Assembly: GCA_963840595.1 (NCBI GenBank) | Contig: CAWIZQ010000001.1 | Coordinates: 15,093 to 79,092 of the forward strand | DNA length: 64,000 bases | Direction: 5' to 3' | Source: an uncultured Acidimicrobiaceae bacterium | GTDB taxonomy: Bacteria > Actinomycetota > Acidimicrobiia > Acidimicrobiales > RAAP-2 | Shown here: one piece after another, positions 38,865 through 46,871 of the stretch | Numbering within the stretch: the first letter of the stretch is position 1 | Layout of the letters: the number at the start of each line of letters is the position of its first letter | Notes under the pieces: generated by a model | Databases searched by the model: none | What the model was told of the DNA's origin: nothing | What the model saw: the letters and a program-made list of their open reading frames with translations, nothing else | Program-made: the position numbers and the translations under genes

Positions 38865-39485
38865 GTGCCTACTGATTGGTTGCCCCGCGCTCTCGAGGAA
38901 TCGAGAGCGCGGGGTTTTTTAGGTCCTCAGCCGCTGGAGCCCCAGATCCTGCATGCCGAAGGATTCGCGCTCTGTTGGGAGGCGATTCGAACCGCTCCCC
39001 CGGCATCCTTTCTTGATTTGGGCAGCGGTGGGGGCCTTCCGGGCCTCGTCCTACTGGATCGCTGGCGGTGTACTGCGGTGTTCTTGGATTCGATGACCAA
39101 GCGCAGCAATTTCCTGGCGGAGGTACTGGAACGGCCGGACACTCCGGATGCAACGGCGGTAACGGCTCGAGCCGAAGAGGCCGCTCGTTGGCCTGAGTTT
39201 GACGAGGCCTTTGACCTGGTGACTGCTCGTTCCTTTGGACCGCCGGCGGTGACCGCAGAATGCGCAGTACGATTCCTCCGGATTGGGGGAGTCTTGGTTG
39301 TTTCTGAACCCCCGGACGACTCCGAATCGGGACGCTGGAATCCTTCTGGCCTGGGTCAGTTGGGCCTAAGGGATCTGGGTCGGACGCGACAGGGCGCCGC
39401 CTTTCGGGTATTGGCAAAGGAGAGCGCGACAGCACCTCGATTTCCCCGCGAATCGGGGGTTCCGAAGAAAAAGCCACTATTCTGA
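38865..39485 (+). CDS. rsmG: 16S rRNA m7G527 methyltransferase RsmG (GidB)
   Basis: SAM motif LDLGSGGGLPGLVL. The GTG at 38865 follows the jag stop. The longer ORF from 38772 overlaps jag. Confidence 0.85.
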   Translation: MPTDWLPRALEESRARGFLGPQPLEPQILHAEGFALCWEAIRTAPPASFLDLGSGGGLPGLVLLDRWRCTAVFLDSMTKRSNFLAEVLERPDTPDATAVTARAEEAARWPEFDEAFDLVTARSFGPPAVTAECAVRFLRIGGVLVVSEPPDDSESGRWNPSGLGQLGLRDLGRTRQGAAFRVLAKESATAPRFPRESGVPKKKPLF

Positions 39486-39486
39486 A

Positions 39487-39845
39487 CGTTTCACGTGAAA
39501 CATGGTGAAGACGTCAGGTTGGGGGCTTGCTAGGCCCGCCGCAGCAGCCTGACGTGTTTCACGTGAAACATAAATCGGAATTGTAGGCTGTTATCCGACG
39601 CATCGAAGCGGTGGTTCAGGTGACGCTCCGGGCGTTCCCATCTTGGTGGAGCCCCATGCGGGAACCCCGATAGTTGTCAATTTCGTATCACCAGACGGGA
39701 TGTTTCACGTGAAACCAACCGGCCGAGTAATCCCAATATCTGAACCCAGTCACCGCAAAACCCCAATGGTTGAGGCTTTTTGAACTCGAGCTTTCTGCGT
39801 GAAACATTCTGGCGAACAAGCCTCCGCCATGTTTCACGTGAAACA
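39487..39845. promoter_or_regulatory. cluster of five parS centromere sites (tGTTTCACGTGAAACa) upstream of parA
   Basis: 39487-39502 cgtttcacgtgaaaca; 39555-39570 tgtttcacgtgaaaca; 39701-39716 tgtttcacgtgaaacc; 39791-39806 ctttctgcgtgaaaca (degenerate); 39830-39845 tgtttcacgtgaaaca. Confidence 0.9.
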
Positions 39846-39940
39846 TTGGTACTTGACGACGCTTCAAAAAGTGAGTTGAATGGAGGGAGTTCATCGACGC
39901 AGTGTCGGGCGACTACTACGGTCGGGAAGATAAGAGGCTC

Positions 39941-40714
39941 ATGGCAGACGCCAGCACAGTGAGGATTTTTGCCGTAGCCAATCAAAAGGGTGGGGTCGGC
40001 AAAACCACCACAACGATTTCGCTAGGTGCGGCACTGGCAGAGCAGGGAAAACGAGTCCTCATCGTGGATCTCGACCCCCAGGGCAACGCCACTACGGGTC
40101 TTGGAGTAGATGGTCGCCAATTTGAGCGCTCCGTCTACGACGTCCTATTGAATGATGTTCCCATGGTGGACATTGTGGAGCCCACCGGCTACAACAACCT
40201 CTTCGTCGCACCCGCCACGCTTGATCTCGCCGGAGTCGAACAAGAGCTCACCTCCGTGATTTCCCGGGAATTGAGGCTTAAGAAGGCCATCGCGTCGGTG
40301 ATGGACGACTTTGATTTCATCTTCATCGACTGTCCCCCATCGTTGGGTTTGATCACTATCAATGCGTTCGCAGCCGCAACCGAGATCATGGTTCCGGTGC
40401 AGGCAGAGTTCTACGCACTTGAGGGGCTTACGCAACTTCAGCGGATCGTCGATCTAGTCCAGCGAAACCTCAACCCTGACTTGAAGATCACCAAAGTGGT
40501 GTTGACAATGTACGACTCGCGCAACACCCTGTCGGGTGACGTCGCGAAGGAAGTCAAGAAGCACTTCGCCGAGGAGCTATGCGAGACCGTGATTCCTCGT
40601 ACAGTCCGACTGGCCGAAGCACCGTCCTTCGGTCAACCGATCACTGTCTTCGACCCGATATCCAAAGGCGCCATTGCTTATCGCGCCTTAGCAGAGGAGA
40701 TTGCGAATGCCTAG
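39941..40714 (+). CDS. parA: chromosome partitioning ATPase ParA/Soj
   Basis: Deviant Walker A NQKGGVGKTTTT. The ATG at 39941 is preceded by AAGAGG, and an alternative GTG lies at 39902. Confidence 0.93.
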   Translation: MADASTVRIFAVANQKGGVGKTTTTISLGAALAEQGKRVLIVDLDPQGNATTGLGVDGRQFERSVYDVLLNDVPMVDIVEPTGYNNLFVAPATLDLAGVEQELTSVISRELRLKKAIASVMDDFDFIFIDCPPSLGLITINAFAAATEIMVPVQAEFYALEGLTQLQRIVDLVQRNLNPDLKITKVVLTMYDSRNTLSGDVAKEVKKHFAEELCETVIPRTVRLAEAPSFGQPITVFDPISKGAIAYRALAEEIANA

Positions 40715-41636
40715 ACGACCAGGATTAGGGAAAGGGCTAGGAGCTCTCATTCCTGACGGGGCCACCACGCCCACCGACACACCGGAGGAAGTGGTCTCCT
40801 CAAGTCCGCTACGAATGGTGGCGATTGACTCCATTCGACCCAACCAATTTCAGCCTCGAAAGACCTTCAACAGCGACAGTCTCAAGACTCTGGCAGCTTC
40901 GATTGCTGAACTCGGCGTTCTCCAACCCATCATCGTTCGCCCGGTCGACGGTGAACCCGACAAGTTCGAACTCATCGCGGGCGAGCGCCGTTGGCGTGCG
41001 GCGAGCATTGCCGAGCTTGAGCTGGTTCCCGTCCTGCTGCAAGACGATGTCAACGATCGTCTCTCACTCGAACAAGCCGTGGTGGAAAATCTGCATCGCG
41101 TCGACCTTCACGCCCTGGAAGAGGCCGCTGCGTACCAGCAACTCGTAGATGAGTTCGATCTCACTCACGATCAGGTGGCACAGAGAGTGGGCAAGAGCCG
41201 AGCATATGTTACAAACACGTTACGACTCCTCCAGTTGGGCGAGGTCGCCCAGAGCGCACTCGCGAGTTCGCAGATCACGGCCGGCCACGCGCGCGCACTG
41301 TTAGGCGTGAGTGACCCCAGCGCACAAGCAACCCTGGTGGCGAAGGTGATTAAGAATGAACTCTCGGTGCGCGCGACGGAGGAGGCCGTCAAGGCCTTCC
41401 TTGAACCCCGACCGCTGCCGACGGCGGAGGCCGTCACGCGCACCGCGGAAAGTGGCGCGCCGCGCCTACGACCCGTTCCCGATGCCAGTGTCGCGGAACT
41501 CGAAGAGTTGCTCGAAAGCTACCTGAATACCCGCGTGCACGTCGACCTCAAAGGGCGCAATGGCCGTATAATCATTGACTTTGCGGACCTTGACGACCTC
41601 GAACGGCTCTACAGCGCGATCGCAAAGGCGAAGTGA
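40707..41636 (+). CDS. parB: chromosome partitioning protein ParB/Spo0J
   Basis: ParB box LIAGERRWRAA and an HTH (THDQVAQRVGKSRAYVTNTLRLL). The ATG at 40707 follows GAGGAGA, and an alternative TTG lies at 40701. Confidence 0.93.
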   Translation: MPRRPGLGKGLGALIPDGATTPTDTPEEVVSSSPLRMVAIDSIRPNQFQPRKTFNSDSLKTLAASIAELGVLQPIIVRPVDGEPDKFELIAGERRWRAASIAELELVPVLLQDDVNDRLSLEQAVVENLHRVDLHALEEAAAYQQLVDEFDLTHDQVAQRVGKSRAYVTNTLRLLQLGEVAQSALASSQITAGHARALLGVSDPSAQATLVAKVIKNELSVRATEEAVKAFLEPRPLPTAEAVTRTAESGAPRLRPVPDASVAELEELLESYLNTRVHVDLKGRNGRIIIDFADLDDLERLYSAIAKAK

Positions 41637-41759
41637 CCTTCAACCCTCAACCTAACCCTCACGTTGAAGTTTTCCCCAAGTTGTGGATGAAGTTGTGGGT
41701 TACTCTGATTTCCTGGATTTTCCTGGCATTTTGCGGTTCAAACACGTGGTTTTGGTCGC

Positions 41760-42581
41760 CTAACGATCGCGCGAACTGTGGATAACCTGGTCCGCAACAC
41801 CCTCAAATGCGGTGATGGACTCGTGAAATACCTGTTCAGAGAGTTCCCCGTGCTCAATGTGCACCGTCGTCATCTTGGTTTCGCGCAGGATGGGTAGCGC
41901 CATGCCGGTCACTTCGACGCGAGGCACACCGCTTTGACGGGCGAAGTCCGCCGCCAGGGAACTCGCGAGGACTTCGCCGCGACGCGAGTGGCTGCGGTAG
42001 CTCGCCCAGTAGTGCAGGTGAATGCCGTCGACCTGGTTGAGGGTTTGAAACGAGAGGACCAGGGCCACGTCGTGGGTGTTAGCGAAGAGGGCGGCCGCTT
42101 CCTGTGAAGTCCCGATCGACACGAGAATGGACTCGGTGCCCTCGAAGTGTCGGGCGAGTTCCTCGACGAGGGGACCCTGGCCGCAGAGCAGCACCGAGCC
42201 GTTCATTAAGGGGTCGATGCCGGCGAGGTCGCGCGCGTCGGTAACGAGACTCTTGACCGAGTTGGTCGCGCGCACTCGCCGCAGGGTCAAGAGAGTCTCC
42301 TTGGTGAGGGTGGCACTCTCGTCCAACGCGCAGTTGCGTTGGAACTCCAGGAGTGCGGCCTGGGTGTGCGTAGCGAAGATGCCGTCAATGCGTCCGGGAT
42401 TGAATCCGAGTTGGGCGAGGAGTACTTGAAGCTCAGCCACGTCGTCGCCACGCAACATCGGACGCGTCAGATACAGCAGCCGTTGGCCCAACTGCCAACT
42501 GGCTTCGCCCAGGCGTTCGTACGTCAGTTCGTCGACGACGCCGGTGAGGGGGAGCCCGCGCGAGCGCTGGAAGGACTCCAC
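41760..42581 (-). CDS. cwlM: CwlM-like protein: PG_binding_1 repeats + degenerate Amidase_3 domain (N-terminus unresolved)
   Basis: PG-binding motifs (FQRSRGLPLTGVVDELT and LGFNPGRIDGIFATHTQAALLEFQ) and an amidase_3-like C-terminus (LPILRETKMTTVHIEHGEL). 42581 is the first canonical start (GTG), but the domain continues upstream to 42716. Confidence 0.7.
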   Translation of the reverse strand: MESFQRSRGLPLTGVVDELTYERLGEASWQLGQRLLYLTRPMLRGDDVAELQVLLAQLGFNPGRIDGIFATHTQAALLEFQRNCALDESATLTKETLLTLRRVRATNSVKSLVTDARDLAGIDPLMNGSVLLCGQGPLVEELARHFEGTESILVSIGTSQEAAALFANTHDVALVLSFQTLNQVDGIHLHYWASYRSHSRRGEVLASSLAADFARQSGVPRVEVTGMALPILRETKMTTVHIEHGELSEQVFHESITAFEGVADQVIHSSRDR

Positions 42582-42716
42582 CAGAGCTGTCGTCTCGTCG
42601 TCAAAGACGTCGCCGTCGTTGGTCGGTATCAGCGAGATCGCGCCCAGGCGCTCTTTGAGTTCGCGAACTCGCGGACCGGCGTCGCCGCTGCGAAGGGACT
42701 GGAAACTCAGGTGAAC

Positions 42717-43043
42717 CTACAGGTTCGAGGTGATTTCCTGGAGTAGCGCGCCCTTGGGCTTGGCCCCCACCAGGCGTGCGGCAACCTCACCGTTCTTGAA
42801 CAGCAAGAGCGTGGGGATGCTCATCACGGAGAACTTCGTGGCGGTGGCGACGTTGGCGTCGACATCCAACTTCGCGATCGCAAACTTGTCGGACTGCTCG
42901 GTGGCGAACTCTTCGAGGATCGGGGCGATCATCTTGCAGGGACCGCACCAGTCGGCCCAGAAGTCCACGAGTATCGGCTTGTCCGCGGCACCGATGACTT
43001 CGTCAAAGGTCGCGTCCGTCAGGGTCGTGATGTTCTCGCTCAT
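42717..43043 (-). CDS. trxA: thioredoxin
   Basis: WCGPC active site ([16 protein letters not shown]). Start at [10 protein letters not shown]. Confidence 0.93.
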   Translation of the reverse strand: MSENITTLTDATFDEVIGAADKPILVDFWADWCGPCKMIAPILEEFATEQSDKFAIAKLDVDANVATATKFSVMSIPTLLLFKNGEVAARLVGAKPKGALLQEITSNL

Positions 43044-43099
43044 GCCAAACCTTTCGAGTGGGGTGTTCTCGTGTTGGACAACCACTGTAGCGACCAGGC

Positions 43100-44053
43100 T
43101 TAAATTCCCTGCGCCTCCAACCAGCGCTCTGCGTCGATGGCGGCAATGCACCCGGATCCCGCCGAGGTCACGGCCTGGCGATAGATATCGTCCTGGACGT
43201 CGCCCGCGGCAAACAGGCCGTCGATGTTGGTAAATGAGCCTCGGGACGTTCGCACGTAGCCGTTGTCCTCTAAGTCGACCTGGCCGGTGACGAGCGTGGT
43301 GTTGGGAATGTGTCCGATCGACACGAAGACCCCGGTCACGAGCAACACGCGTTCCTCGTCGGTGAGCGTGTCGCGCACCCTTACGCCCATGACCTTGTCC
43401 TCACCGATGATCTCGGTCACCTGGGTGTTCCACTCAAAACGGATCTTCTCGTGCGCGAAGGCCCGCTCCTGCATGATCTTGGAGGCCCGCAGACTGTCGC
43501 GACGGTGGATGACGGTGACGGTCTTGGCGAACCGGGTGAGAAAGAGCGCTTCTTCCAGGGCCGAGTCCCCGCCGCCCACCACGACGATGTCCTGGTCGCG
43601 AAAGAAGAAGCCGTCACAGGTCGCACAGGTCGACAGGCCGTGACTCATCAGTCGTTCTTCGCCCGGCACGTTCAACATCAGTGAGCGCGCCCCGGTCGCC
43701 AGGATCACGGCGTCAGCGGTGATGCTCGGTTCGGTGTCACCCCCGAGCCACGCGCGGAAGGGGCGCTGCGTGGTGTCGAGTTTGTGAACCTTCTCGACGC
43801 GCAAGTCCGCACCGAATCGCTCGGCCTGCTCGCGCATGCGCATCATCAACTCGGGTCCGCTCAGCGCTTCGGGAAACCCCGGGAAGTTCTCGATGTCGGT
43901 GGTGAGCATCAGCTGGCCGCCCGGCTGATCAGTGGTGGAGGAGGGTTCGCCTTCAATCACGATGGGGTTGAGCATGGCGCGCGCGGCATAGATCGCCGCA
44001 GTGAGGCCAGCCGGACCCGAGCCCACGATCAAAACCCTGGTGTGTTCGGCCAT
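43100..44053 (-). CDS. trxB: thioredoxin-disulfide reductase
   Basis: FAD motif [10 protein letters not shown], redox-active CATCDG and NADPH motif [12 protein letters not shown]. Confidence 0.95.
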   Translation of the reverse strand: MAEHTRVLIVGSGPAGLTAAIYAARAMLNPIVIEGEPSSTTDQPGGQLMLTTDIENFPGFPEALSGPELMMRMREQAERFGADLRVEKVHKLDTTQRPFRAWLGGDTEPSITADAVILATGARSLMLNVPGEERLMSHGLSTCATCDGFFFRDQDIVVVGGGDSALEEALFLTRFAKTVTVIHRRDSLRASKIMQERAFAHEKIRFEWNTQVTEIIGEDKVMGVRVRDTLTDEERVLLVTGVFVSIGHIPNTTLVTGQVDLEDNGYVRTSRGSFTNIDGLFAAGDVQDDIYRQAVTSAGSGCIAAIDAERWLEAQGI

Positions 44054-44367
44054 TACTTCCTCAGTGTGAGCGGCCTGCGCTTACGCCAGATGACCCAACC
44101 CGCGATGATCGACAGCGCCCCGATGGCCACGTAGGTGATCCACTCGTGGCCGGAGAACGCGTAGACGTTGAGCAGGCGCACGAGGCCAATGAGGAGTACG
44201 ACCACGAACACCAACGCCGCCAGGGCGATGATCAAACCAAAGGCGATGGCCCGACCGGCGAGGATGACAGGGCGCAACACCTTGTCGTGCACGAGGTCGA
44301 GCAGGTGATCGACACCGGCGAGGAGTCGATCAACAAGATCCGGATCGGGCGCGGTGCTCTCAGTCAC
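44053..44367 (-). CDS. hypothetical small membrane protein (2-3 TM)
   Basis: A 104-aa hydrophobic ORF whose stop overlaps the trxB start. No recognised family. Confidence 0.5.
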   Translation of the reverse strand: MTESTAPDPDLVDRLLAGVDHLLDLVHDKVLRPVILAGRAIAFGLIIALAALVFVVVLLIGLVRLLNVYAFSGHEWITYVAIGALSIIAGWVIWRKRRPLTLRK

Positions 44368-44394
44368 GTTGCTCAGACTACCGGAGGACAGTGA

Positions 44395-45231
44395 TTACTC
44401 TTCGATCCAGGTGAGCCCGATGATGCCCGGACCCGCGTGGGTGCCCACGACCGGACCGATGTCGGCCACGATGAGCGGAAACTGTGTAGGGATGTCGCTC
44501 ACGAGCGAGGAAAGGGTGGCGACGTCGGCGTCACTCGATGCGCCTTGAATGAGGGCGAGGCGCCGCAGCGGCGCGTGGCTGCGAGCGACTTTGGCCACCG
44601 CGACGAGAGCTTTGGCGCGGGTGCGCTGTCGCCCCGCTTCGGCGACGACACCAGCCTTCACGTCGATCATCGGCTTGATGGCGAGCACCTGACCCACGAA
44701 CGCTTTGGCGCCCCCGATTCGACCGCCTTTGATCAGGTGTTCGAGCGTATCGAGTGTGGCGACGACCCCGATCTTGCTCATGGCCTCGTTACTTCGAGCG
44801 ACGAGGGCGTCGAGGTCCGCGCCTTCTGTCGCCGCCTCGGCGACGTCAATCACGATCAGGCCCTGGCCCATCGAGACATTGAACGTGTCGACGACGCGCA
44901 CGGGAAAGTCAGAGCCCAACGCCTCGGCACCCAGGGTGGCGCTTTGGTGGGTCGCCGACAGAAGTGACGAGAGGGTGAGCACGATGACCCCGTCGTAGCC
45001 CGCGTCGCGGGCTCGTTCGTACGCGGCCTGGAACGCGCCAGGAGAAGGGGCTGAGGTCTCGGGCAACGACTTGGAGACCTTGCACTTGGCCCAGAACTCC
45101 GCGGGGGAGAGGTCGCTGAACTCGTCCTGATCGAAGCGAATCGTGAGCGGCACGACGTCGATGTCGAGGCGCGCCACGACGTCGGCTGGCAGATCGCTCG
45201 CGCTATCAGTGACGACTCGGATACGGGCCAC
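44395..45231 (-). CDS. degV: DegV-family fatty-acid-binding protein
   Basis: IRVVTDSASDLP N-terminus and overall DegV length and pattern. Confidence 0.8.
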   Translation of the reverse strand: MARIRVVTDSASDLPADVVARLDIDVVPLTIRFDQDEFSDLSPAEFWAKCKVSKSLPETSAPSPGAFQAAYERARDAGYDGVIVLTLSSLLSATHQSATLGAEALGSDFPVRVVDTFNVSMGQGLIVIDVAEAATEGADLDALVARSNEAMSKIGVVATLDTLEHLIKGGRIGGAKAFVGQVLAIKPMIDVKAGVVAEAGRQRTRAKALVAVAKVARSHAPLRRLALIQGASSDADVATLSSLVSDIPTQFPLIVADIGPVVGTHAGPGIIGLTWIEE

Positions 45232-45242
45232 TCGGTTCCCCC

Positions 45243-46871
45243 TTAGAACCGTTCAAGCCTTGCACCTTTTACCTGAGCCTGTCGAACCCGACGCCGCAAG
45301 ACCACGACCGTGGCGAGGTACGCGAGCGCGCCCGCGATCACCGCCAGCGAGAATCGCGCGACGAGTAAGAGGCCCGTGGTCCAGGTCGGCGCGTCGTAGA
45401 CGACGGCGATGACCAGGGTCGCCGCCAGCGAGGCGATCAGGCTGCGCCGCACGTGCACACTCCACACGCCGGTGGTGATGTTGACCTGGTAGTAGGCGAG
45501 GACCGCCAGGGCCGCCACCGCGGCGGCCGCGTAGCCGATCGAGATCGCGGCCATGAGGCCGACCTCGGAGTGACGTCCGAGCACGACGCACAAGATGATG
45601 GTGAGGCCGTTGTTGAGGACGTAAAGAAGAAAGACGTCGCGGGCTCGCTGCATGGACTGCAGCCCGCGCACGCACAGCTGGAAGATCGTGAACCCCGGCA
45701 AACCTGCGGTGAGCACCGCGAGCACCGTGCCCACCGACCACGAGTGAGTCGCGTTGACGTGCTTGAGCAAGATGGCCACCAGCGGTTGGGCGAGCACGAT
45801 GATCACGAGCGTGCAGGGAACGATGATGACAAGGGACTGTCGCAGCGCGAAGCGCAGTCGTTCGGTGAGTCCGGCGAAGTCGCGCTCGGTGGCGAATCCC
45901 GCCAGTTGGGGTGTGAGAGCACCGAGGACCGAGACCACCACCACGGCGTAGGGCATCTGCATGAACGCCCAGCCGTACGTGTAGTCGCTCACCGGACCAC
46001 CACCGCCGATGCCAAAGGCAAACGCGAGAACGACGTAGAGGGAGAGTTGGTTGGTGAGCACGACGAGCAACGTCCAGCTCCCGAGTCGCCCGATCGCCTT
46101 GACGGCGGGATCCTTCAGGTTCAGTCGGAAACTGAGACGCCAGAGGTTGGCTCTCGCCATCGATGGCACCAGACAGAGGAACTGGACAGCGACGCCGGCC
46201 GTCGTGCCCAGACCCAACCAGAGCAGATCGCTCGACCCCGCGAGACGCGAGAGCACCGGGGTCGGGTCCACCAGGTGGAACCACACGAGCACCACGATGC
46301 ACACGGCGTTGTTCGCCACCGGCACCCAGGTCGCGATGCCGAAGCGTCGCCGGATATTGAGCAGGGCGGTGGCGATCCCGATGGCGCCGTAGAAGAAGAT
46401 CTGAGGCACGAAGAATCGCAGCAGGTCGGTCGCCACCACGCGCTGCTGGGCGGCCACGAGTTGTTGGTGCGCCACGGCGGCCGCGCTCTCGTGCACACTC
46501 GACGTGCGTGAGAGAAACGTGAAGCCGTCGATGATGTACGGGGCGATGAACCAGGCGATGATCGACGCGCCGGCGAGCACGACGAGCGCGGCGCTCACCA
46601 CACTCGAGATCGACTTCCAGGCCCGACGCTCACCGTCGAGGGTTAGGCGTTCGACGAACACCGGAATGAACGTGGCCGTCGCGATGCCGCCTAAGACCAG
46701 GTCGAAGAGCATATTGGGCACGGTGTTCGACAGGTTGAACGCGTCGGCAATCGCGGAGAAGCCGAGTACCCAGGCGAGCACCAGCACGCGCGCAAAGCCT
46801 GTCACGCGCGAGACGAGCGTGCCGCTCGCCATCGAGAGCACGCGCGAGGAGTGAGTCGAGGTGACGGTCAT
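45243..46871 (-). CDS. murJ: lipid II flippase MurJ (MviN)
   Basis: N-terminal SGTLVSRVTGFARVLVLAWVLG and about 14 TM segments. The ATG at 46871 overlaps the upstream TGA (ATGA). Confidence 0.88.
   Translation of the reverse strand: MTVTSTHSSRVLSMASGTLVSRVTGFARVLVLAWVLGFSAIADAFNLSNTVPNMLFDLVLGGIATATFIPVFVERLTLDGERRAWKSISSVVSAALVVLAGASIIAWFIAPYIIDGFTFLSRTSSVHESAAAVAHQQLVAAQQRVVATDLLRFFVPQIFFYGAIGIATALLNIRRRFGIATWVPVANNAVCIVVLVWFHLVDPTPVLSRLAGSSDLLWLGLGTTAGVAVQFLCLVPSMARANLWRLSFRLNLKDPAVKAIGRLGSWTLLVVLTNQLSLYVVLAFAFGIGGGGPVSDYTYGWAFMQMPYAVVVVSVLGALTPQLAGFATERDFAGLTERLRFALRQSLVIIVPCTLVIIVLAQPLVAILLKHVNATHSWSVGTVLAVLTAGLPGFTIFQLCVRGLQSMQRARDVFLLYVLNNGLTIILCVVLGRHSEVGLMAAISIGYAAAAVAALAVLAYYQVNITTGVWSVHVRRSLIASLAATLVIAVVYDAPTWTTGLLLVARFSLAVIAGALAYLATVVVLRRRVRQAQVKGARLERF

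Noticed and set aside
39511-39555. The inverted repeat ACGTCAGG...CCTGACGT after rsmG, considered as an intrinsic terminator.
   Set aside because: The loop is 29 nt and no T tract follows. It is bracketed by two parS palindromes, so it is more likely part of the centromere region's architecture.
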